Shown piece by piece: positions 53,264-61,938 of a DNA stretch of 64,000 bases; positions within the stretch are counted from its first letter, which is position 1, and each line of letters begins with the position of its first letter. The notes beneath the pieces are model-generated. The model was not told the origin of the DNA, made no database searches, and worked only from the letters and a program-made list of their open reading frames with translations. This stretch comes from Faecousia sp. GTDB taxonomy: Bacteria; Bacillota; Clostridia; Oscillospirales; Oscillospiraceae. Where the stretch lies: contig JAZRBW010000101.1 of assembly GCA_045635305.1 (NCBI GenBank), forward strand, positions 28,749 through 92,748. Reading direction: 5' to 3'. A program made the position numbers and the translations under genes.

Positions 53264-55165
53264 TTACCCAATCTTTTGTGCGTAGATGCCCGGATCACCG
53301 TAGCCGAGAATATAGAGCCAGCCATCCGCAAGGAAAGCACGGGTTGTGTAAATATCTGATCCCTCCAAAGGATGCACATGCGCGATTTTACACAGCTCAT
53401 AACCGTCAAAATGCAGCAGAACATATTCCGTATCTCCCGAAAAAGGATTACGCTGCGCAAGTCCAAATAAACGCTTATCTCTGTCGATCAGATAAGCTTT
53501 ATAATCAAGCGAAAAACTGACCGTTCGCTCATAGGTGCAGACCGAAACAACCTTCCCTTCACGTTCCTCATACACTTCGATTTTCAAGCCCTTGTCATCA
53601 CCGTAACCAATTCCCAGAAGATAGCTATCTCCAAGCTGAATCAGGCTAGTGGAGTACCCGTCAATGGTGCCGGTATCCGTATAGGTAATATTGCTCAGGT
53701 CACTCAGATCAAAGAAATATACCGGATCTTTGAAGGTAATGACATCAGCGGTGCAAACATAAGCGTTTACTCCGTCAAAACGAACGGACTGCGCATCCTC
53801 ACCCTCTGGAGCAAAAGCGATTACCTCTGCGATAATCCGCCAGCTTTGCAGATCGATACAGTACAGATTCGCGTTTCGCTTGACAATTGAGGTGGTTGTG
53901 GAAGTAAACTCGCCTTCATCCGTTTCCGTAACATCGCTCACTGATGTAGATGTTACCACCCGCAGGATACCTTCGTATGCATCCATACTGTACTGATTCC
54001 TGACAGAACCTTTCACCGTAACCGTTCCAAGGATTTCCAATGTATCGCCGGTGTAGGAAATGCCGGTAATCTCTGTCATGGCTGTCTGCCGATATTTGCT
54101 GCTGCCATTGACCTGATCCCGTTTGTTCAAGTTATGGACAGCAAAGATGGCATCCTCGGAAACATACAGTTCCTGGGAATAGCCCATCAGCGCTGCACTG
54201 CCATCAAGGGACAAGGTATTGCCATCCAGCTTGCAAACAACTGTATACCGGGCTGCAGATGCATTCTCCGAGCAAACAAAATTGTTTCCGGGAAGGCATA
54301 TCATGTTGTCAGGCGTGCCATACTGCGGAATAAAGGTTGCAGGATCGTCAAAATCAACCTCTGCCAGATTGAAATCAAAATTTAAGGTTAGCAAAATACT
54401 GCCATTGACCATGCGGGACGATAGGTAACTACCAGTAAAATACACCCTATTGATTTCCGAAATACTGGCAGGATCAGAAACATCCAGCTTGACAATTAAC
54501 GTCATGATTCCCATCGTGTAATGATCACAACACGCTATTAGGGTAAGGGTGCTGCAATCATCGGACAAATAGATCTCCGCATCGCCGATAGCGGAGGATC
54601 CCATTTTCCCATCGGCGGAACTTTCGGGCCAGACATCAAGAGAAAACTCACCAACCTGCCGGGAGTTTTCCTGTTCAATGGAATAAACCAAAAGAGACCG
54701 ACTTTTCACATAGTACACATACTTATCGCTGCGTTTGAAAATATCCGCTTCCGTGATACCTGCCACCTGGTTATCGGTTACCTCCACATAGTTGCCAGTG
54801 TTGCTCACTTCCGGAGCTGAATCTGGCGACATTATAGTGCCACCGAGCACGCCACCCTTCATATCTTCAGCTGTTCCATGCCCACCCTTAACAGAATTCA
54901 AACTGAGCCAGCCAAGTAATGCTTCAAAATTATTCTTATACTGGGGTTTCTGATAGGTCATGGCATTGAGCCGTTGAATCACACCGTAATACTCGCTGCC
55001 CGCGTATTCCGCAACACTGGGTGGTGTGGCATCATAGGGCACAAAAAGAACCAATGCCAGTACGGATACCACAAGGGTCAGACTAATCAGTGTATTGCGT
55101 CGTTTCCTTTTCATTTTAGTCATATAAGCTTCGACGTTCTTCTTCCGATCGTCAAATGTCTTCAT
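53264..55165 (-). CDS. Membrane-anchored beta-propeller domain protein, putative anti-sigma/sensor
   Basis: Short basic N-terminus, TM, then NQVAGITEADI.K, NQYSMD.Y.G.LRVVT, SVRF.G, DP.Y..DLSD and GYS..L motifs. Confidence 0.8.
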   Translation of the reverse strand: MKTFDDRKKNVEAYMTKMKRKRRNTLISLTLVVSVLALVLFVPYDATPPSVAEYAGSEYYGVIQRLNAMTYQKPQYKNNFEALLGWLSLNSVKGGHGTAEDMKGGVLGGTIMSPDSAPEVSNTGNYVEVTDNQVAGITEADIFKRSDKYVYYVKSRSLLVYSIEQENSRQVGEFSLDVWPESSADGKMGSSAIGDAEIYLSDDCSTLTLIACCDHYTMGIMTLIVKLDVSDPASISEINRVYFTGSYLSSRMVNGSILLTLNFDFNLAEVDFDDPATFIPQYGTPDNMICLPGNNFVCSENASAARYTVVCKLDGNTLSLDGSAALMGYSQELYVSEDAIFAVHNLNKRDQVNGSSKYRQTAMTEITGISYTGDTLEILGTVTVKGSVRNQYSMDAYEGILRVVTSTSVSDVTETDEGEFTSTTTSIVKRNANLYCIDLQSWRIIAEVIAFAPEGEDAQSVRFDGVNAYVCTADVITFKDPVYFFDLSDLSNITYTDTGTIDGYSTSLIQLGDSYLLGIGYGDDKGLKIEVYEEREGKVVSVCTYERTVSFSLDYKAYLIDRDKRLFGLAQRNPFSGDTEYVLLHFDGYELCKIAHVHPLEGSDIYTTRAFLADGWLYILGYGDPGIYAQKIG

Positions 55166-55703
55166 GGGTTATGCCCTCCTTTTCGAGCAATTCTTTCAGG
55201 GATGCCTTGGCACGGGCCAGCAAATTGTAGACCTGCTTGCTTGTCTTGCCGATAATGCGGCAAATATCCGCCACCGCAAAGCGGTCAAAGTAGGCAAGCT
55301 GCAGTACTTGTCGGTATTGCTCCGGCAACGCCTGCATACAGCAATAGACCGCCTCATTGCGCGCATTGGTCAGAACAGTACACTGTGGGTCACCGCTGCC
55401 GAGTACATTCTCTACATCCGATAGGGCAACCAGCAGCTTATTCTGGCGCAGATAATCTACTGCTTTGTGGTGGGCGATTCTATATAGGTAGGCACGAACA
55501 TGATCTACATCACGAAATCGCTTATGCTTCATCAGCAAAATTGCGATACTTTCCGCCGCAATATCTTCTGCCGCTGCACTGCTGTGCACCATGCTGTAAG
55601 CATAGCGCACCAATGCGTCGGAATACGTGATCAGAATATGATCCAATGCGGTTTCCTGGTCCTGCTGAAAACGGCGGTAGCTACTTGCACCGATTTCTGC
55701 CAT
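55152..55703 (-). CDS. ECF RNA polymerase sigma factor (183 aa)
   Basis: Region 2 AEDIA..YLYRIAHHKAVDYLR and region 4 LP..YR.VL.L..KQVYNLLARAK. Confidence 0.92.
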   Translation of the reverse strand: MAEIGASSYRRFQQDQETALDHILITYSDALVRYAYSMVHSSAAAEDIAAESIAILLMKHKRFRDVDHVRAYLYRIAHHKAVDYLRQNKLLVALSDVENVLGSGDPQCTVLTNARNEAVYCCMQALPEQYRQVLQLAYFDRFAVADICRIIGKTSKQVYNLLARAKASLKELLEKEGITHEDI

Positions 55704-55723
55704 GGTCATCACCTCTTCACCCT

Positions 55724-55763
55724 TATATCGGAAAAAGCCGGGAATTTACTCAGTAGATTTACA
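55724..55763 (-). promoter_or_regulatory. Putative autoregulatory ECF promoter
   Basis: TGTAAA..CTGAGTAAA-N14-CGATATA; same motif and spacing recur upstream of the paralog. Confidence 0.65.
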
Positions 55764-55812
55764 TGATTTTTGAAAGTATTATAACAAAGTAGCTTTTTGT
55801 ATGCAACGCAGC

Positions 55813-55842
55813 AAAACCCCGGAAGCTTCACACTTCCGGGGT
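55813..55842 (-). terminator. Terminator separating the two ECF cassettes
   Basis: ACCCCGGAAG/CTTCCGGGGT stem then TTT on the minus strand. Confidence 0.75.
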
Positions 55843-55847
55843 GCTTG

Positions 55848-56957
55848 TCATTCATCTACGTAATGATACCAATACTCGTCTACATAAGCATCATAAAGCT
55901 TTTGCAATTCCTCATCGCTGAGAAGTCCTGCATCACAGGCCTCCTGCAATCGGTAATAATAGCCATCATAGTATAAATACATCTTTTGGCCGCTGCCATA
56001 GGTAAAATTGTAGCCATTTACAATTTCAGTCTCAGTCCAGTCAGGATACATGAAAATGCCGTCCACAAACAAGGCATACCGTCTGTCAAAAACGGCAATC
56101 ACGCGGCTGATCTCCACGTCATCAGCAGTATATCCTTCACCGGTTCCTACAAACTGCTCAATGAATACTTCCCGCATCTTCTTAAGCTCCCATCTGCCAA
56201 TTTGATTCAAGGGCTCTGCAGGAAGCTCGTCAACGATAGCCCCGTTAAGAATATAGTAGGATACCATACGCTCATCAGATATGATCTGGTCTACCTCAAT
56301 AAACAGATACCAGTAAGCCATATCACAGGTACCCACTTCCGGTACGGTTCGTTCGATCTCAAAGCAGATAGAGCCGTCAGGATTAAAAGCGATACCCAGC
56401 AAATTGTGACGGATGGAACCACTGCTCTCAGCAAGCATCACCACCACCAGAGATCTGCTCTCAAAAAACGTATCCGAATAGAATCCTGCCTGATATTCTA
56501 CAGCCTCAAACCCGCAGAACTCCTGTTTTCGCTGCTGACAGAAGGCTTCCATAGCTTCTTGTGAGCGAATCAAATGGATGGCAGGATAGGTATCAACGGG
56601 GCTTGGCTGGGTTGTTTTCACACTAATACAAGTAGCCCCAAATGAGCCTTGAATCGGTGTAGTGGGCGCAGGTTCCGGCTGAATTGGATCCAGGATATCG
56701 GGAGTCTGCGTAGGTTCGGTGGGGGCATCGTTGGGCCGCGGCGCAGTGGTTGTTGGTGTGATAGGCGCAGCCGGGCCGGTCAATGCCGGGGCCTGCATAT
56801 TGGCAGCGCTATTGCCAAAATTAGGGATCTGCCCTGCTGCCCATACAATTGCCACCAACACAAATACAGACACAGTCACCTTCACGCTAAAGCGCACAGC
56901 TTTTTTTACTCTTGCTTTTTTCTGAATAGATCGCAAACGTTCATTATAAGTCTTCAT
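55848..56957 (-). CDS. Membrane-anchored putative anti-sigma/sensor with Pro/Thr linker, PrcB-C-like domain and C-terminal unknown domain
   Basis: Basic N-terminus, TM, PT-rich linker, FFE..SLVVV...E.SGSI...TCDMA.W..FIEV. Confidence 0.7.
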   Translation of the reverse strand: MKTYNERLRSIQKKARVKKAVRFSVKVTVSVFVLVAIVWAAGQIPNFGNSAANMQAPALTGPAAPITPTTTAPRPNDAPTEPTQTPDILDPIQPEPAPTTPIQGSFGATCISVKTTQPSPVDTYPAIHLIRSQEAMEAFCQQRKQEFCGFEAVEYQAGFYSDTFFESRSLVVVMLAESSGSIRHNLLGIAFNPDGSICFEIERTVPEVGTCDMAYWYLFIEVDQIISDERMVSYYILNGAIVDELPAEPLNQIGRWELKKMREVFIEQFVGTGEGYTADDVEISRVIAVFDRRYALFVDGIFMYPDWTETEIVNGYNFTYGSGQKMYLYYDGYYYRLQEACDAGLLSDEELQKLYDAYVDEYWYHYVDE

Positions 56958-57495
56958 GGGTGATTCCCTCCTTTAAGAGCAGGTCCCTGGCGGAGGCTTT
57001 CGCCCTTGCCAGCAGATTATATACCTGTTTCGTGCTTTTTCGCAGTATAGTGCAGATCTGTTCAACAGAAAAATCGTCCAAATAGTGCAGCTGCAGTACG
57101 ACCCGATACTGCTGCGGCAGGCTCTGCAAGCTGCGGTAGAGCGCATCATTTCGCTGTTTTATAATCAATTCATTTGTTGGATCGGGGATATGCAGGACCG
57201 CATCCATATCCTCAAGAGATACTTCCCTTCTGTGCCGGCGCAGATAGTCCACTGCGCGACTGCGAACAGTTTTATACAGCCAGCAGCGAATCTGCTCCTT
57301 AGTGGAAAATTCTATTTTCTTTACTACATAAGCAGCAAAGGCATCCTCCATAATATCCTCAGCAACCGCTGCGTTCTGCACATAGGTATACGCATATCGC
57401 ACAAGATCATCGGAATAGTAATGGACAAGCATCTCAAGAGTTTGGGCATTATTGGCTAAATATCGGCGGTAGCTACTTGCACCGAAATCAGTCAT
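56944..57495 (-). CDS. ECF RNA polymerase sigma factor (183 aa), paralog of 55152-55703
   Basis: Shared GASSYRR, LVRYAY, AEDI, AVDYLR, KQVYNLLARAKAS and KEGITHED motifs. Confidence 0.92.
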   Translation of the reverse strand: MTDFGASSYRRYLANNAQTLEMLVHYYSDDLVRYAYTYVQNAAVAEDIMEDAFAAYVVKKIEFSTKEQIRCWLYKTVRSRAVDYLRRHRREVSLEDMDAVLHIPDPTNELIIKQRNDALYRSLQSLPQQYRVVLQLHYLDDFSVEQICTILRKSTKQVYNLLARAKASARDLLLKEGITHEDL

Positions 57496-57513
57496 TGAGA
57501 TCACCTCTGTCTA

Positions 57514-57552
57514 TAAAACGCATTCGGAACGGTTTTTACTCAGATGTTTACA
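57514..57552 (-). promoter_or_regulatory. Putative autoregulatory ECF promoter
   Basis: TGTAAA..CTGAGTAAA-N14-CGTTTTA. Confidence 0.65.
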
Positions 57553-57621
57553 AATAATTTTTGCATTTTTTGATAAGTACAGTATAATGTAAGAAAGTAC
57601 TGGAATCAAGCGGTGATCGTT

Positions 57622-58491
57622 ATGTTCAAGACATTATCCCAGCATTATCGGGAAAAATACGGCTGTAAGGTTTATAAGCTGGCCATTGACGGCGGATTTA
57701 CCTGCCCAAATCGGGACGGTACACTGGGTTATGGCGGATGTATTTTCTGTTCCGGTGACGGCAGCGGTGCATTTGCAGAAAAAGGCGGCAGTATCCGTGA
57801 TCAACTGGAACGCGCCAAGGCGCGGGTGTCATTCAAAAACAAGAACGGCAAATACATCGCTTATTTTCAGTCCTTCACAAACACCTATGGTCCCTTATCC
57901 CGTCTCGAAGCACTCTATACAGAGGCAATGGCCCCGGACGATGTGGTAGGTCTCGCCATAGGAACGAGGCCTGACTGTCTGCCTGATGAAACAATTGCAC
58001 TTTTGTGCAAACTAAACCGGATCAAACCCATTACGGTGGAGTTGGGGCTGCAGACCATTCATGAAGATACGGCATGCTATATCCGAAGAGGGTATCCTAC
58101 GCAGGTGTATTTCGATGCCGTTCGCCGGTTAAAGGAAGCCGGACTGGAGGTCGTTACCCACATCATTCTCGGTCTTCCAGGTGAAAACGAGGAAAAGATG
58201 CTGCAAACCACCCGCTCTTGTGTCGAAGCAGGAACAGATGGCGTCAAGTTTCAGCTGCTGCACGTGCTTGAGGGTACAGATCTGGCAAACGACTATGCCA
58301 AAGGCTACTTTTCCTGCCTGACGATGGAAGAATACGCACGGATTTTGAAAGCCTGCATTGCTGTTCTTCCCCCGAACATTGTGGTACACCGCATGACTGG
58401 TGACGGCGCAAAAAAGGATCTGATCGCGCCTGCGTGGTCGGCAGACAAGAAAAGAGTTCTGCAGTATCTGAACGAATATCTTGCCAAGTGA
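57622..58491 (+). CDS. TIGR01212 family radical SAM protein (YhcC/YtqA-like)
   Basis: GFTCPNRDG....GGCIFC, YFQSFTNTY, GTRPDC and ELGLQT motifs. Confidence 0.92.
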   Translation: MFKTLSQHYREKYGCKVYKLAIDGGFTCPNRDGTLGYGGCIFCSGDGSGAFAEKGGSIRDQLERAKARVSFKNKNGKYIAYFQSFTNTYGPLSRLEALYTEAMAPDDVVGLAIGTRPDCLPDETIALLCKLNRIKPITVELGLQTIHEDTACYIRRGYPTQVYFDAVRRLKEAGLEVVTHIILGLPGENEEKMLQTTRSCVEAGTDGVKFQLLHVLEGTDLANDYAKGYFSCLTMEEYARILKACIAVLPPNIVVHRMTGDGAKKDLIAPAWSADKKRVLQYLNEYLAK

Positions 58492-58541
58492 GACAATTTC
58501 GTGTATAATGGTATTCAGCAAAAGAGAAGTGAGGAATCCTT

Positions 58542-59327
58542 ATGTTTTCCAACGACAAACGCATACAGTATAGAAAAAACCAGCTTGGTGAAGTGGTATG
58601 CCAGCTTCGTTTCCCTGAGATACTTACCATTGAAGCCAATGTACCCGTGGATTTTCAGGAAGCAATCCGCGATCAGTTTCCCCGCTATTCCGTTCGGAAA
58701 GAAGCGCCTCTGCCGAAGCTGACCGGCGCGCCGGGCAATCTGCAGCTGGCTAAGCAGCCCCTGAGCAATAATTATCAGTTTGTGTCCACAGACGGATTCT
58801 GGCGCGTCAACCTGACCAGCCGTTTCATTTCCCTTGCCTGCACACACTATGTATGCTGGGAGGAATTTGCAGCCAAACTGGATAAGCCCCTTGCAGCCTT
58901 TATCAAAATCTACCGTCCGGCATTCTTTGAAAGAGTTGGCCTGCGGTATCTGAATTTTATCTCCAGAAAGGCATTGGCACTTGACGGCACGGCCTTCAGA
59001 GAACTGATTCAGCCACAGTATTTGGGTCTGCTGTCTGACGAAGAAATTCAGGAGGGCGCTGCGGCACGCAGTACTGTAGATGCGGACATCTCCATTCGCG
59101 GCGGCTGCAGAGCTAAAATCCATGCCGGTCCCGGTCTTGTAAAGCGCTCCGGCGTGCAGGATAGCGAGCCTAAGTTTATTCTGGACTTGGATCTGTATAT
59201 GCTTGGAAATATGGCAATCAATCTATCCGCAGGTGTCCTGCAAACACTGCACGATCAAGCCGGCTCTCTTTTCCGCGGAGCCATCACTGACACACTCCAT
59301 GATGCCATGGAGCCGATGTACTATTAA
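58542..59327 (+). CDS. TIGR04255-like protein
   Basis: L.EVVCQLRFP, Y..WEEF, RVGLRYLNFI and FILDLD motifs. Confidence 0.8.
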   Translation: MFSNDKRIQYRKNQLGEVVCQLRFPEILTIEANVPVDFQEAIRDQFPRYSVRKEAPLPKLTGAPGNLQLAKQPLSNNYQFVSTDGFWRVNLTSRFISLACTHYVCWEEFAAKLDKPLAAFIKIYRPAFFERVGLRYLNFISRKALALDGTAFRELIQPQYLGLLSDEEIQEGAAARSTVDADISIRGGCRAKIHAGPGLVKRSGVQDSEPKFILDLDLYMLGNMAINLSAGVLQTLHDQAGSLFRGAITDTLHDAMEPMYY

Positions 59328-59339
59328 GAGGAGGAACCT

Positions 59340-60056
59340 ATGCCTTACTATTACGGTTTTGATACTACCTATCTGATTTTGGTATTGCCCTGTATCATCC
59401 TATCCCTTTGGGCCAGTGCCAATGTCAACTCTACCTTCAAGAAATATGCAAAGCAGCACTCCATGCGCCACATCACCGGCGCACAGGCAGCGCAACGGGT
59501 GCTGAGCGCTAATGGCGTCAGCGGTGTCCGCATTGAGCGGATTGCAGGCAACTTAACAGATCATTTTGATCCTAAAACCAATGTGATTCGCCTTTCTGAC
59601 AACGTTTATGACAGCACCTCTACTGCTGCAATCGGTGTCGCCTGCCATGAAGCCGGTCATGCTGTGCAGTATGCCCAGTCCTATGCTCCCATTAAACTGC
59701 GCGCCGCCATAATTCCAGTCACAAATATCGGCTCCAAGCTGGCTATTCCGCTGATTCTTTTGGGTCTGCTATTCTCTGCATCCGCTGACATGAGCTACAC
59801 TCTGGTTTATCTTGGAATTGCCTGCTTCGGCCTTTCTCTAGTGTTCCAGCTCGTTACCCTGCCTGTAGAATTTAATGCCAGCCGCCGCGCCATGCAAGCC
59901 ATCGACTCTGCCAACATTCTGACAGACGATGAGCAGCGCGGTGCACGGAAAACCCTGACTGCCGCCGCGCTGACCTATGTAGCTGCCACTGCACTTGCCC
60001 TCGCCCAACTGCTTCGCTTGGTTATGCTCTTTAGTGGAAGAAGCCGTGACGATTGA
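59340..60056 (+). CDS. Membrane zinc metallopeptidase (YugP-like)
   Basis: LTDHFDP, HEAGHAVQ, TLPVEFNASRRA and AAALTYVA motifs. Confidence 0.9.
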   Translation: MPYYYGFDTTYLILVLPCIILSLWASANVNSTFKKYAKQHSMRHITGAQAAQRVLSANGVSGVRIERIAGNLTDHFDPKTNVIRLSDNVYDSTSTAAIGVACHEAGHAVQYAQSYAPIKLRAAIIPVTNIGSKLAIPLILLGLLFSASADMSYTLVYLGIACFGLSLVFQLVTLPVEFNASRRAMQAIDSANILTDDEQRGARKTLTAAALTYVAATALALAQLLRLVMLFSGRSRDD

Positions 60057-60063
60057 TGCATAT

Positions 60064-60093
60064 ACGCCGCCCAAAATGGGCGGCGTTTGTTTT
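60064..60093 (+). terminator. Intrinsic terminator
   Basis: ACGCCGCCCA/TGGGCGGCGT stem then TTGTTT. Confidence 0.8.
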
Positions 60094-60180
60094 CCAGTAA
60101 CCTCCTAATGACATTCTCTCTGGGTTATGTTATCATCGGACTGCCGGCAAAACGGCAAATCCACGAAAGCGAGATAAATT

Positions 60181-61089
60181 ATGCGAAAAAGAATGATCGC
60201 TGCAGGACTGATTGCAGTACTCAGCCTTTCCTTAGCCGCCTGCGGTTCTAATTCTTCCGGTGAGACTTCCGTCACCACCCCCTCTCAAACCGTAACTACA
60301 AAACCAAATCCTTCCGAAAGCAAGCCCCAACAGCAAAGTAAATTTGAAGAAACCGTTCTTGTTGACAACGCGAATATACTTTTCAAAATCACATCTGTGG
60401 AAAACGATCCCGTCTGGGGTTACACGCTGAAGGTACAAATAGAAAACAGAACGGATAAAGATCTGATGTTTTCACTGAACGATGTTTCCGTCAATGGCTA
60501 TATGTGTGATCCTTTCTTTGCCACCACCGTTACAGCGGGTATGAAGGCAAATAAAGACATTTCCTTCAGCATCAGCAGTTTCAAGGAGATCGGCATCCAG
60601 CAGGTGACCGATATTGCATTTGAGCTCAGAGTCTATGACAGCAATAATCTGGCAGTTGATGAGATTCTTGAGGAGGATTTTATCATTTATCCCATGGGAA
60701 AAGATGCCGCGAAAGACTACCCAAGAGAAAGCCAGAAGGGAGACATTGTGCTGTTTGACAACGAAAACTGCACAATGATCGTTACTGGATTTGATTCCGA
60801 AGGTATCTGGGGCTACAGCGTTAAAGTCTATCTTGTAAACAAAACGGACGAAACCCTGATGTTCTCTGTTGGCGACGCGGCAATCAATGGCTATATGTGC
60901 GACCCCTATTTTACTGTAACTGTCGCACCGGGTAAGCAGTGTATCACCGCTATTTCCTGGACAAAGGAAGAGCTAAAGAACAACGGAATCACCGAAGTAG
61001 AAAGTATTTCCCTCCCAATTCGGGTATACGAAGCCGAGGAATGGATGGGCGACAGGCTTATCGACGAAACCTTTACTGTAAAACCTTAA
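60181..61089 (+). CDS. Lipoprotein with two tandem Ig-like repeats
   Basis: Lipobox LAAC; repeats WGYTLKV.IENRTD..LMFS.....VNGYMCDPFF and WGYSVKV.LVNKTD..LMFS.....INGYMCDPYF. Confidence 0.85.
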   Translation: MRKRMIAAGLIAVLSLSLAACGSNSSGETSVTTPSQTVTTKPNPSESKPQQQSKFEETVLVDNANILFKITSVENDPVWGYTLKVQIENRTDKDLMFSLNDVSVNGYMCDPFFATTVTAGMKANKDISFSISSFKEIGIQQVTDIAFELRVYDSNNLAVDEILEEDFIIYPMGKDAAKDYPRESQKGDIVLFDNENCTMIVTGFDSEGIWGYSVKVYLVNKTDETLMFSVGDAAINGYMCDPYFTVTVAPGKQCITAISWTKEELKNNGITEVESISLPIRVYEAEEWMGDRLIDETFTVKP

Positions 61090-61095
61090 TCGGAT

Positions 61096-61137
61096 ATCCC
61101 ACCCGGATTGACATTCCGGGTGGGATTTTGTTATACT
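61096..61137 (+). terminator. Terminator hairpin containing a sigma-A promoter
   Basis: Stem ATCCCACCCGGA/TCCGGGTGGGAT plus TTT; loop TTGACA; extended TG-n-TATACT 18 nt downstream. Confidence 0.75.
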
Positions 61138-61171
61138 GTTCATAGATTTCACTGGCAAGGAGGGCGTAACC

Positions 61172-61843
61172 GTGGCTTATTTCAGTCTGACTTACTTACA
61201 ATCGTTGATGGATGACGCAGATCGGAAGCGAAGTGAAATTACCCTTAGTGATCCGACGGAAGTGGATACCCAAATTACATATCTGCCCTTTAAACTGAAG
61301 TTTTACTGGCCCGGATGTATTGACAGTCCATATTACCATTGGAAAGCGCATACCTACCAACTGAAAGAATCTAAATCGCTCCGCAAAGGCACATTACATT
61401 ATCACAGGATTCTGCGTAAAGATGGTAAGATACTCAAAATTGAGACCTATGTGCATAACATTCTGGACAGTGTGCTTTTGATGTATTATGAGGAAAACAA
61501 ACGTTATGCCTTTTCCCATCCCAATGCCAGGAGCTCCTGCGCCAATTTGACGCAAGTGCTCACCTACGAAGACGGGCACGTGACGGAAGATTACATGATT
61601 CGTGGTAATCAGATTGTATATCGGCAATACATGCATATGGATGGGGAGAAATACCAGTATTACGACATCAATTACATTCCGTCCAGCAGTTTACCAATTA
61701 ACTGGATACGTATCGGCACGATCACAACCGGAGTAAACAGCAAACGTGAAATTGATTATTTGTGGCCCCAAAGCATAGAATCCAACGAAAAAGGTACTAT
61801 TTGTCAGCTACCGGAACTTGATCCCGGTATCATCGAAGCATAG
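61172..61843 (+). CDS. Hypothetical protein
   Basis: GGAGG SD with GTG start, own promoter and terminator; no recognisable motif. Confidence 0.65.
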   Translation: MAYFSLTYLQSLMDDADRKRSEITLSDPTEVDTQITYLPFKLKFYWPGCIDSPYYHWKAHTYQLKESKSLRKGTLHYHRILRKDGKILKIETYVHNILDSVLLMYYEENKRYAFSHPNARSSCANLTQVLTYEDGHVTEDYMIRGNQIVYRQYMHMDGEKYQYYDINYIPSSSLPINWIRIGTITTGVNSKREIDYLWPQSIESNEKGTICQLPELDPGIIEA

Positions 61844-61867
61844 CAGTGGGGAAATGCGCAAAATATT

Positions 61868-61905
61868 GCCCCGGAGTTGACATCCGGGGCTTTTTCTATT
61901 ATACT
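61868..61905 (+). terminator. Terminator hairpin containing a sigma-A promoter
   Basis: Stem GCCCCGGA/TCCGGGGC plus TTTTT; loop TTGACA; TATACT 17 nt downstream. Confidence 0.75.
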
Positions 61906-61938
61906 TTTGTGAGGAATTTTTGAAAAGAGGCATGTTTT

